Shown piece after piece: positions 12,201 through 25,500 of a DNA stretch of 64,000 bases. The translations under genes were made by a program, and so were the position numbers. Origin of the DNA: Octopus vulgaris (taxonomy: Eukaryota); NCBI GenBank assembly GCA_951406725.2, contig OX597834.1:24304001-24368000 (forward strand), written 5' to 3'. Position 1 is the first letter of the stretch, and the number at the start of each line of letters is the position of its first letter. The notes under the pieces are model-generated. The model had not been told where the DNA came from. It did not search any database and saw only the letters and a program-made list of their open reading frames with translations.

Positions 12201-15200
12201 TGTACAGTGTGTGTGTAGGAATGGCTAACACCTTATAAGGTGTTGTTACCTCTTCTCCTGTCAATAAATTGTCTAACTTTGAGCCCCTGAAAATATGTGA
12301 AAGAAAACAGCCCTGATTTGAAAATCAGGTAAGGGTTAGCAACAGGGAGAGTATCCTGCTGTTAAACAATACCCCAATAACATATTCATTCATCTAAGCT
12401 CTGCTAGCATGGAAAACTAGCCATAAAAAGAAACAAACAATATCACCAGGCCAATAATAAAAAGAACACACTGAATAATGGATTCCTAGGTGCATTATGT
12501 CTGGATTAAAGATGGGAAAGTCACAAGGGTGGAGGATGTCTTTGACCTTAGTTCTATAGGAACAGGTTTGACTTGTTCAACAACAACCTTGACTATTATT
12601 TTAAAAAGTGAATGGACACACTGTAGAATGTAGACCTAGATACAGTGTATCTGAATAAAAGACTGGCTAGTCATGGAGGGAGGGTATCTCTGACTATAAG
12701 GCCTGGAGGAAGAAAGCAAATGTAAGGACCAAAGAATAACTACACCGATGTGAAAGAATACACTGGGTAATGTAATCCTAGATAGACTGTCCAAAAAATA
12801 AACGATACAATTGTCAAGGCAAGACCACTTTGGTCCCACATAGTTCTACACAATCAGAGTTGATTTGGAGCTAGACAACACCATGAAGAACAAGACTCTT
12901 GCATGTACTGGTTGCTGTCCAACTACCTGAAGACATCTAACACAGAGAGTCTCCTAGCAGAGAAACAGAGACAGAAATCAGGAGACCTTATTAAAGAGGG
13001 ACACATAGAAGGAAGAGATGCTTAAAAAAAAAGATAGGTAAGAGGCAGACAACCAAGAATAATAGATGAGAAAGATTGAGCGAGAGAGAGAGATGGAAAT
13101 GAAATGTTAAGGATCTCATATTTGGACTACATCACAAATGACCGTCCAGCATCATATAATCCCCTCTCCCACGGAGACCTCACAACAGTGAAGAAAAGAA
13201 AGATGAGATGGTAATGTCAATATCTAGAGGCCTTGTTTTTAAAAGGAATTGTGGAAGAGGAAAGGAGCAACAAGCTCAAGGAATGGACAGGCAAATCATT
13301 AATAGACACCAGAGATTTGAAATTAATTGCAGCCGAAGAGGAGACTAGTATGTCCTGGTGGCAGTTTGTAACTCCATCGGAAGTTGAGAGCAAGCAGTAT
13401 ATCATGACACCACTCCTACAATTGTTTCACTAGGTTCTGCTTAACTCAAGGCCATGTTAGTAGATATTTGCCCAAGGTGCTGTGCAGTGACATTGAACTC
13501 AGAACCATGTGGCAACAGAACTTCTTACCCACATAGCCATGATATTAATCCATTGGGTTGAAAGAACTAAAGGTATTGTGACATTAAACGGAAGTTCTTT
13601 TCAGTTAATCTGTTCCTGACTTTCTTTTATTTTTAAAGAAAACTTTGAGAATTAATAAGAAGAGGGGTGAATTTGTGAAATATTTTAAAAACTTTACCTG
13701 TTGAAGGTTGAGAAAGGATAGTCGAGTCGGATTTGTCTTTACTGACTTGATGAGATTGCGTGGCCTCTTGTAATCGGGTTAAGATTTTCTTCCCACTGCG
13801 AACTGACGAAGCATTCACTTCAAAGACCTACAAAGAAAGTAAATTATTTACAATACATATTCCATCACTGCTATGATCATCGTTGGTTTAATGTCCATTT
13901 CTCCATGCTGGGCTTCTTTCAGTTTCCATCTACCAAATCCACTCACAAGGCTTTGGTTTGTTTGAGGTCATAGAAAAGACACTTGCCGAAGGTGCCAGGC
14001 AGTAGGACTGAACCCAGAACCATGTGGTTGGGAAGCAAGCTTCTTGCCACACAGCCATGCCAACACACACGCACTCACATGCTCATGCACACTCACACAC
14101 ACAGACACACAGATGCATGTATTACAACTAATTTGTGTGCTAAATGAAACCAACCTGATAACCAAGTTCCATGGCTAAAGCATAAACTGAAGCTGTTTTC
14201 CCAATTCCTTGAGGACCAGTCAGAAGTTTTGTGTTACACAGAGAATCATCTTCGCTTTCACTTGGCGATAAAGCAAAATCACTGTCATCATCATTCCATG
14301 ACAACATAGAGTTACTGTCCTCCTCTGAAAAGAGATAAAAATAAATTATTTTAAGTAATTTTACTAAATTTCATAAATAACAATAATAAGTTCATTATCA
14401 TCATCATCGTTTAACGTCCGCTTTCCATGCAAACATGGGTTGGATGATAACGCCAATAGTGAAATAATTTTCTTCATTCTTCAGTTTAGATGTGATACAA
14501 AGGTTTCCTCTTTACACTCACAAACCTTTTTTTTTATCTTCTCTTCAGACATGTTACAATAATAGACCAATGTATTATATAAAACATCACTGGCTTCTGT
14601 TAAAACATCATTGGTATATCAAACACCATTAATTTGCATCAGGCATCGCTACATTATATATCACTGGTATAAATCTAATATTATTGCTCTCTATCAAGCA
14701 AAATCCATCATACACCATGTCTAAATCAAACACAGATGCTGGGCCTCACAGAGGGGATGATATGGGACAAACTCCAGGTGGCTTGTTGTGCTTGGGAAGA
14801 TATGTCAGGTATGTCCCCTACATCTCTCTTCAGTTAAGCGTTTCTAATCTTGCAGGCTTGTGGGTACCAGAGTTACATAAAAGCACCCAGTACACTCTGT
14901 AAAATGGTTGGTGTTAGGAAGGGCATCTAGCTATAAAAACCATGCCAAAACAGATATGGAGCATAGACAGCTCTTCAGCTGGCTAGCTCCTATTTCTTTA
15001 CTACCGACAAAGGGCTAAACACAGAGGAGACAAACAAGGACAGACATAGGTATTAAGTCGATTATATTGACCCCAGTGCGTAACTGGTACTTAATTTATC
15101 AACCCCGAAAGGATGAAAGGCAAAGTCGACCGTGGCAGAATTTGAACTCACAACGTAATGGCAGACGAAATATGGCTACACATTTCGCCCGGCGTGCTAA

Positions 15201-18200
15201 CGTTTCTGCCAGCTCGACGCCTTACTATCCTGCCAAACTATCCAACCCATTCCAGCATGGAGAACAGAATTAAATGATGATGATATTTTAAATGCAAGTA
15301 ACCTTGACCTCACAAGAACCTTACTAAAATAAGTTACAATGACAGATTTATTAAAATGAAATGAAAACAATGGTTCTTGCCTTTGTTCTTCTTAGATTTC
15401 TTCTGTTTCATCAACAACTTCTTTAATTTCCTCGCCTCTCGATCAGTCCGTTGTTTCCAGTCCAAGAGCCAAGATTTCAGTTTCTTCACATTGCTGCTGT
15501 TGCAGATTATTTCAGAGGAATGAAGTGGTTGGTATTTTTCAGTCCACAGAATATCACAGACTTGGAAATAAAAAAATAAAATAACAAACATCAGAAATGA
15601 GTAAATAACCATTCACATTTTTTTTTCTTTCAGCCTTATTTTACCCTCTTGATACCAAATCTGTAGGAAACTGCTTTTGGTTTCATTATTTGGAAACTCA
15701 AGTTTTCAAGTGTTTATATTAAAACTTTCATATTATAAGTTTTTTTTTTTATCTTTTATCATTTACTTGTTTCAGTCATTAGACTGCGGCCATGTTGAGG
15801 CACCACCTTCAAGAATTTTTAGCTGAATGAATCAATCCCAGTACTTATTTTTCTTCTAAGCCTGATACTTATTCTGTCAATCTCTGTTGCTGAACTGCTA
15901 GGTTACAGGGACGTAAACACATCAACATCAGTTGTCAAGCGGTGGTGGGACACAGATGACAGGCATGTTTCAGTTTCTGTCTACTAAATCCACTCAGAAG
16001 GCTTTGGTTGGCCTGAGGCTGTAGTAGTAGACAATTGCCGAAGGTGCCATGCCGCGGGACTGAACCTAGAACCATGTGATTAGAAAGCAAGCTTCTTACC
16101 ACATAGCCACGCCCGCACCTTTTTAATTAATAATTATTCATGTTATGCTTTAAAATCAGCTCAATTATGTACAAGTATAGCTATGTGATTAAAATGTTCA
16201 TTGCACAACCACATAGTTATGGGTCTAGTCCCACTGTACAGCACCTTAGGCAAGTGTCTTCTACAATAGCCTTGGAACAACCAAAGCCTTATAGAGGAAG
16301 ATATCCTTAAATTAGAGACTTGGCCTGCATGTTTGCTTCAAGATGAATTCCATTAAAGGTAACAAAGGTCCAGTTCACATATTCTTCTGTCTTAATCATT
16401 CACATCTCAAGCATGGGTCTGTGCTTGTATTCACTTAAGAACTATGTAATTTTAAGTTCAATAATGCATGGTATGGTGAGCAAATGTCTTTTGCTAAAGC
16501 CTTGGGTTGATGAAAGAGACAGTAGAATTTGGTAAGCAAGATCTGTACAGAAGCCCAACAAAGGGTTCATTCCTATAAGAATAGGAAGCTGCAAACTTAT
16601 TTTATAGCCTAGTTTAACACCACAATCTGGTCCTTGAGTACTTTTAGCAGAGTTCCTCATAGTATTAGGCCCAGAATTGAAATGAAACCTGGATTTTAAA
16701 ACAAATTTTACTCACCTTTCTCTTCAGAATTGGCATCATTAATATCTGGTTTCTGACAATCAGCTTTCAGATCAGCATCCACATCTTTCTTGTTAGACTT
16801 CCGACGACTTAAGCTGCGCTTGCTTTTCCTCTTACCCTTTTGATTTTCGGTGACACCATCAGCTTCTTCAGTATTCACAGTTTCTTTACCAGTTTCTAGC
16901 ATAAGACACCACAAAAATTGTCATTTAAGAAATATAAAAATGCAATGCAGGCATGGCTGTGTGGTAAAAAGCTTGCTTCCCAGCCAAACGATTCCAGGTT
17001 CAGTCCCACTGCATGACACCCTCAGCAAGTATCTTCTACTACAGCCTCATGCCAACCAAAGCCTTGTGAGTAGATTTGGTAGACAAAAACTGAAAGATGC
17101 TTATCATATATATATATAGATATATAAGTACACAGGATAAGGACATAATCTTCCATGCTAGAAAGACTTTATTCTTCAGCGAGAATGCAGAGTGGGTCAA
17201 GACTATCGATACAGAGGGTGCTTTCGATGTGAGCATGGGGTCATATGATGGAGAAGGCCTATGCGATCTTATTGGATTATTCCTACTCGATATGTTGGGC
17301 AAAACTTTTCCTGACATATATTTCACCATTTACAAAGATAATGCCCTAGCTTTAACCGCAAATACCAATGGACTGGCACTGGATCGGTTTAGGAAGGACA
17401 TTATCCATTTGATGAAAACTTTCAGTCTTAGCATAACTACAGCTAAAAACATCCCTGTTCATGCAGGGATAAAAATTTGTGCCCGCTAAATGGAGCTTGC
17501 ATGTCTGAGACCATCATTTATGAAGCCACCGTGGATTCTAAATCCACTAAGGATATGGTTTCGATGAAGAAATACGTGGGCCTTACAGAGGGTAATTTCA
17601 AAGCCAGGTTCAATAACACCTTGAGCTTCAGGCACTGGGATGATAGGAAAACGACCAAATTATCCAGTCATATATGGTCTTTAAAGGATAAAAGTGTCAG
17701 TTACAATATCCATTGGAAGATCTTAGTCAAGTGTAAGCCCTACACCAACGGCAGTGGAAAGTGTGGTCTTTGTGATATAGAAAGATGGCTCATCTGGAAA
17801 AGCAGCTTAGACCCCGCCACATGTCTAAATTCAAGAACTGAACTTTTCGGGTCATGTCCACATTTGGCTAAATATTTGTTACGTTTTTGGTCCCCACCCG
17901 AGATTACAGATAGGACTTGCTTTCTATATTGTGTCCACATAAAAACCTTTTATCTCTATACTTTTTACTTATATTTCTTATATATTTTATATATTTTTTT
18001 TACATATTTATAGAGATATTGGTTTATAGTTTTATTGCTCATATTTTTTTTTACACATAATTTTTCTGTATTCTAACTAAATCCCACATCACCAGTTCTG
18101 CTTACCAAAAGTGGCCCACTTGGCACCGTGCATTCGTCGTCGTCTCTTTAGTTACCGCCACTGTCCCATCATTGAAGAAAGACATAAGTGCCAATTACAT

Positions 18201-21200
18201 GGATTTGTTTAAGGCAGACCTCAGCTTTCTAAGAAATAACCCATACACTTGATTTCATGACATTTCTCTGTGGCACATGAAACATGCAGGATCCAGTTAT
18301 CAAACTGCAACTAACCCACTTACAGTTTTGAATGGTGCCTTCTGTAGTGATGCTGCTGAGAGTTCTAAACTCTGGGTAGGGCCACCCTTGGCAGTAAGGT
18401 TGAGGACAAGAACCCTGACTAAGCATGACCAATCCCCAAAGACCTCAATGGTGGAACAAGCAGATGATGATTACAACAGATCACAATGCCTGAACCAGTA
18501 TATGAAGAGGGCTATGCAGCTACTATATTTCTATCAAAACACACTACTTTTGAGTCAATTAATTTTGAAAATAACATAGAATTCAGTATATTAACTTTGT
18601 CATTATTAATTGGGTGTTTGGAACATGAAATTTTGATGCAAAATTTTTTAATTTAAATCACTTTAAAATAGAAAATTTGGGATCTTTTCGGTTTGAACGG
18701 CAGTTTTTTCTAGTGGTGTCATATGAAATTGTCACCCATAATTATGACCCTAGTATCGATCTATTGCATTTCAATCTGTTTTAGGGTTGGTTAGGGTTAA
18801 GAGTGGGGGGAAGGGTATCTTTTTTTCTTCACAAGTGTAAATAAACCCAATCTGTTTCTTAAACGAGGGACATATTCATACGGCACAGAATGTTTTCACC
18901 TCAATAGACGTCATTGATTGGTTGAAATTGCAGAAATTGAAGAAAAAAAACAACAAATATCTTACAAACTATAGAATTTTCTTAATAAAGCCAAGAGAAA
19001 AAAATGTTTTATAAACACATTCTACCAGTATACGAAGTTTAAAAGTGTTTAGTTACGTGGAAATTATTTTTAAAAACTGCCGGTCAAACCGAAAAGATCC
19101 AAAATTTGTATCAGAGAATCGAGAGGTGGTCTGCAGAGGACAGGCATATGAAAGGAATAACTTACCTGACTTTGCTGAGATTTTCTCACTCTTCTCAGCA
19201 ACTCTGTTTCTTTTTAATGCCATATCATAGAAATGTTGTGCAGGATAAGAGGGATTAGCAGCATAAATTTCTTGAAGAATCATCTTAATTTTAGATGCTG
19301 AGAGGAGACTGTGACCAGAGAATTTCTGATATCAAAACAAGAAAAAAAAAAAAAAAAAAAAAAAATGATAAAATAATAATTACACAAAAGGCTGCATGCT
19401 CTGGTGAAGAGATTAGCCTACAAGAGTCTTGTACCACTGTAAGTGGTTGCCATTAAGAACCAGCTGAAGAAACCAAGCCAAATCAGACTGGAGCCTGATA
19501 CAGCTCTCTAGCTTGCCAGTTCTGGTCAAACCATCCAACCCATGCCAGCATGGAAAACAGACCTTAAATTAGAACATTCTAAAATAATGAATAATGCTTG
19601 GTATGGTGGTTGTCTTTTAACCCCTGACCAGAACTGAGACTGATATATATCATGGAAACAGTCTTGTGTTCTACCTGTTTCCACTCAAAAAAGCATTGAT
19701 CAATCTAAAGATAGAAAGGAAAACATCTGCCAGTGGAATTAAACATGTGGCTGTGGAGTACGCTTCTAAACCACACACATATGCCTGCACCTATACATCA
19801 TCATTATTACTGTTGTGCTGGTGCCACATATAAGCGCTCATGCTGGAGGAACAGTAAAAGCACCCAGCACACACTGTAAAATGGTTGGCATTAGGAAGGG
19901 CATCCGGCCTTGGAAACCATGCCAAATCAAACTGGAACTTGGTTCAGTTCCCCAGTTTGCCAGCTCTGCTCAAACCATCCGACCCATGCCAGTGCCAGCA
20001 GGGAAGACAAATGTCAAAGGCTGATGATAATGATTATCATCATCATCATCATCAAAGGTGCAGACATGCCTGTGTGATTGAGAAGTTTACTTCCTAACCT
20101 CACAGTTTCGAGTTCAGTCCCAGTGGATGGCACCTTTGGTAGGTGTCTTCTACCTTGTGATTGGATTTGGTAGATGAAAACTGAAAGAAGCCTGCTGTGT
20201 GTGTGAGTGTGTGTAATAGTGTTTCTTTGAGTTGACATCACATGATAGTAAATCAGTGTCATAGAGTGTCCTTCATTTTCAATCTTCCATTAAACCATGT
20301 CTGGTCATTGGAGAAATATTACTTTACTTGGAAACAGTTGAGGGTTGGTTAGAGGAAGGGCATTTGATTCTATAAAATCCACCTTAACAAATTCCATCCA
20401 ACTCATGTAGGCACAGAAAAGTGGATATTAAACAATGATGAAGGAAGGAATTTAAGGGAAAGAACAGGGTAAAAGAGAAGAGTAAAGGGGAGAGAGAGAG
20501 GGGGAAAGAGAGAAGTGGTAGTTTAGAAATGAAGAAGGAAAGGTAAGGGCGAGAGCGAAAGGAACAGAGAGAAAGGTGCACTGGGCTAAGAATAACACAA
20601 ACCTTTAGATGATCCACTCTTGGATTCGGTGTATGTGCTTCAGTGTTGACACTAAAAGATCCATTCCATGGTGGTGGCTTAATGGACTGCTTCCCTGCTG
20701 GTGCTAATTTAATTAATGGTAAATTTACTTCTGGTAAATCCCAATGGTTAATTTCAGCTGTTGGTTCAATTTGCTGGACATGATTTTCACTGGGGAACGG
20801 AGCATGGTCACAACTATCTACATTCACAATGTTGTTGATGGTTTGTTGTTGTCGTTTAGCTTCCTCTGGCAGGCCACTCATCAGAAAGGCACGCCGCATC
20901 CTGTCCTCTTCTGTTTCCAATTCTTTAGATTTTTTACCGTTTTTCTTGTTGCTGGTTGTTTTTTTCATGAAGATCGGAGCAAGTTTTCCACCTACATGTA
21001 CATATATATATGTATATACACGATAGAAAAACACATTAAATATATAAATACCTAAGGGGATTATACTTTTTGTGATAAGTTTATAAAACTATTGTTACTT
21101 TTATAAGATTAGAACATTCGTATGATACCCAAGCTGGAGACACACACACTCATACACAGAGGATGTCCCAAAAGTCACTGATGAGTTTCAATTTTTAATA

Positions 21201-22525
21201 ACTTCTTTAACTTTACAAATAAATGTATGAAATTTTGATACAATATATAATGGAAATTAATATTCACAAGTCAAATTTTGTAACACCACAACATCACATA
21301 TAAAAAACGACATCACTTAAATGGCAAATATTTTCAGCTTCATATGCCAGTGCTCTTTCCAAAGCTTGCAACATAACAGCCTCAAGAGTCTCAGACGCCA
21401 CCTCTGATTTCTCTATTGATGTTCTTCAGTTACACCAGGGTCTCTGGTTTGTTGACATAAACCCTCTTTCAGCTATCCCCACAAGAAAAAATCCAGGCTA
21501 GTAAAGACCTTGCCATAGTGGGAGATTATTCTCTCTCCAAAGCACTGCATTGTTTCTCTAGCGGTATGATCAGTTGCCCCATCTTGCTGGAACCATGTGT
21601 AAGGCCTACTTCGAATGGCCTTCACGTTCCCTAGATTTGACTAGCCTGGATTTTTTTCCTTCTTTTTATTTTGAGGGGATACCTGAAAGAGAGGGTTTAT
21701 GTCAATAAACCAGAGACCCTGGTGTAACTGAAGGAGAACATCAATAGAGAAATCAGAGAAGTGGGGTCTGAAACTTCTGAGGGTGTCATGGAACAAGTTT
21801 TGGAAAGATCATGGGTGTGTAAAGCCAAAAATGGCTGCTATTTAAGCAATGTCATTTTTCATATGTGATGTAGTGGTGTTGCAAAATCTGACTTGTGCAT
21901 ATTAATTTCCATTATGTCCTTTATATTGCATCAAAATTTCATGCATTTATTTGTAAAGTTAAGGAAATTATTAAAAATTGAAACCCATCAGTGACTTTTG
22001 GAATACCCTATATAGACACATACATATCAACATGATAGTATTCTTTCACTTTCTATCTCCCAAATCCGCCCACAAAGCTATGGTTGGCCCAGAGCTACAG
22101 CAAAAGAAACTAACTCAAGGTGCCATGCAATGGAACTGAACTCAAGACTGTGGCCATGCTGGGGTACCACCTTCAAGTCATTCATCTACTTCAATGCTTG
22201 TTTCAGTTTTGGACTTCTTTTATCAACCCATATAGAATGGCTCAGTTACCTTCCAACAATAAGGAACGCAACAAAATTAGTATGTCCAGACACACACACA
22301 CGCACATATATATCATTAACATTTACTGTCCGTTTTTCCATGCTGGCATGGGTTGGACGGTTTGATAGGAGCTGGCAAGCTGGAGGGCTGCACCAGCCTC
22401 CAGTCATCTGTTTTATTATGGTTTCGAACGGCTAGAAGCCCTTCGTAATGCTAACCACTTTACAGAGTGCACCGGGTGCTATTTATGAGGTGCTGGCACA
22501 ATATATATATATATATATATATTTG

Positions 22526-22557
<32 letters not shown>

Positions 22558-25500
22558 CTCTTTTACTTGTTTGTCATTTTGACTACGCCCATACTGGAGC
22601 ACCGCCTTTAGTCGAGCAAATCGACCCCAGTACTTATTTTATCGGTCTCTTTTGTCAAATCGTCCAACCGATGCTAGCATGGAAAGCGGATGTTAAACGA
22701 TGATGATGAATGCAACCTAGCAGCTCACCAAATCCCGCCAAACTGACCAACCCAACCCAGCTTGGAAACATTTGTTAAAAGATATATTTCACCATTACCT
22801 TCTTGACAAGTTTTTTCATTATTTAAACTCTTGTCTTTTGTACCCAAAGTTGTCTTGGGTTTCACTTTACTCTCCTTCTCTTTAGGGGCTACAACTTCAT
22901 CCTGTATCGCAAGATCATCACATGATGTTGGCAGTGCTTTCTTTTCTTGTAATCTTAAACTCTTACGAGTTGATGGTGAAGATATTTCTTCTAACCCTAC
23001 TTTACTAATGCTATCAGGCTTTGACTTCACAGATTTCTTCGACAGATTCAGGCTCTCTTTTCTGTTGCCATCTGCTGATGCTGTAGAACCACTCTTCACT
23101 TCAGACACCTGACAAAATAATAATGAAGAAGTTATAAATCATAATATTTGCTTAATTTAAATCTTAACTAAAATGTTCAATTCAAATTTTAAATTTAACC
23201 CTTTAGCATTCAGATTACTCTATCAAATGTAATGCTTATTTATTGAATTTGTTTTGACTTGATCCTACTCAACAGCGGCATCTTGACAATGTTTGTAACT
23301 TTGTTATCTTTTTACATGGACTTAAAACGAATCCCGCAGATTTGTGATCAAAGAAATACCAATAACAATCCCATTTCATTGTATACCAGGGACTACACTG
23401 AAGATAACCTTTTTTATCTCAGATGACGAAGTGTGATTTTAAAAATAAGACACTGAAACAAATGAAGGAGCTTCTGTGAGGTCTTCCAACCAGCTTGAAA
23501 TTGCAACATATCATTGAAATCTCAAAGCTATGAGGTAATGCATAATTAATTCAGAATAAAGTGAATAAAGCATTACAGTTAACAGATTAATCTGAATACT
23601 AAAGATTTACTTACTTCAGCTTCCACTGTCCTATCTTCAGATGGAGATGCTTTTGATTTCTTCACACCCTTTCGCACAGAACTGCAAAGACAAAAATATA
23701 ACAATACATTTTTTGGTAATTTCATTAACATTTCCATTATATTTTTGCTTAAACTCTTTTAATACCCATCCACCACTTCAGACCACCTGGATGAACATGT
23801 TTTATCTGTTTCAGTCATTAGATTGCAGTTATGCCGTGGCACCACCCTGAAGAACTGTTTAGTCGAATAAATCAACCCCAGTATTTTTTCTTTTTTTAAA
23901 CCTGATATGTATTTTATCAGACTTTTTGCCAAACTGCTAAGTTATGGGGATGTAAACAAACCAACACACACAACAGACTTCCTTCAGTTTCCATCTGCCA
24001 AATCCATTCACAAGGCTATAGTAAAAGACAGTTGCCCAAGGTGTCTTGCAGTGGAACTGAACCTGGAACCATGTGGTTGGGAAGTAAGCTTCTTATTACA
24101 CAGCTATGCATGTGCCTAAAAAATTATAAATCATCATCATTATTGTTTAATGTCCGCCTTCCGTAGGGAGTGGGGGTGCATTGTTTTAGCCTTCAAATGA
24201 CTAACAGGCCAACATTCCTCCCTGCTTGAAAAGAGGTCTGGAGCAACAAGAAATAAAGTGTTTTGCTCAAGAATGCAAAGCACCACTCTGTCTGGGAGTC
24301 AAATCCATGATCTAGCAATCGTGAGTGCAACAGCCTAACCACTAAACCATGCATCTTCATATTTAAATGAAAACTTGGTCAAAACCTCATTACATATCAT
24401 TATTATTTTATTGGTGTTAACCAACGTAACAAATATATACCATCCTTCCTGATCTTCTGTTCTCTCACTCACTCCACCTCGTTGTACTTTGAAGATATGA
24501 GAAAGTGATATAGAGGCCTGATGATTAGGGTTATATTTTAAGAATGGTTCCAGCAAAACACGGCGTGGTTAAGGAACCGGGAAATGTACCTCAAGGAACA
24601 CATGTAGCCAAGTTATAAAGTAGTAAGTATTTAAATTAAAATTCTTTTATATGATGGGATGAAGGGGCCTACTATCTCTAAATGAATATATTTATATATA
24701 TATATATGCTCAGTTGGCATCGATTTTTGTGAGCTCAATCAGGTGTTTGAATGGAAATTCCCATAATGATGTTATTTTTCCTGCAGCTTTTGCATTTTTT
24801 CACGTGTAAAATTTCAACAAAATCGATAGAATAGTCTCTAAGGAAATGCTTATTCAATACAAGGTCAGAGGTGGGCTTAACTTCAACATGGAAAACAAAT
24901 TGCTGGGTCCAACAGCTCTAGCCACTAAAGCTTTTTTTTATCCTCTCTCTGTCTATTTTCTCGTGTCCCTTTCTATTGAAGAGTGTATGCTCGAAACGGA
25001 AAAAAACTTTCTCATCTTCCAGAACATTAAACTAATACACCTGTTTGTCGTTTACACATCTGTCTTTGTCTTTTGTTTCTTTTTTTGTAAATTCCAACTA
25101 TATATATATATATGTAGGTTGAGTAAAAAGTAAGCAACATTTTGAACCATGAAGAATTTGTATGGGATTTTTACACATAGACTTGCCCAAATTAACACTG
25201 GTATTTTTTTTCACCATTGCTACAATCATCTGAAATGTAACTGTCAAAGCACGATATTCATGCAGTTTTGCTATTCAACTTCCAAAAAGGACATGAATTG
25301 AATAAACTATGAGCTCAGAGCCCAAAGATTGCTTAGAGACATAAAGCATGTTAAATAAACTTGCCTAGACCCATGTCTCCAATGCTAGAAACTTTAGTAG
25401 TTCAAATCTTTATACTGTGTACATTAAACCATGATGATGGATTTAGTATAATCCACCCCCATTCCTTAATGATTGTATTGAATTGAATTAAATAGAAGCA

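Noticed and set aside
24335-24556. Candidate extra ATAD5 exon
   Set aside because: Not needed, because 25651 joins 23681 in phase; no convincing acceptor or motif.
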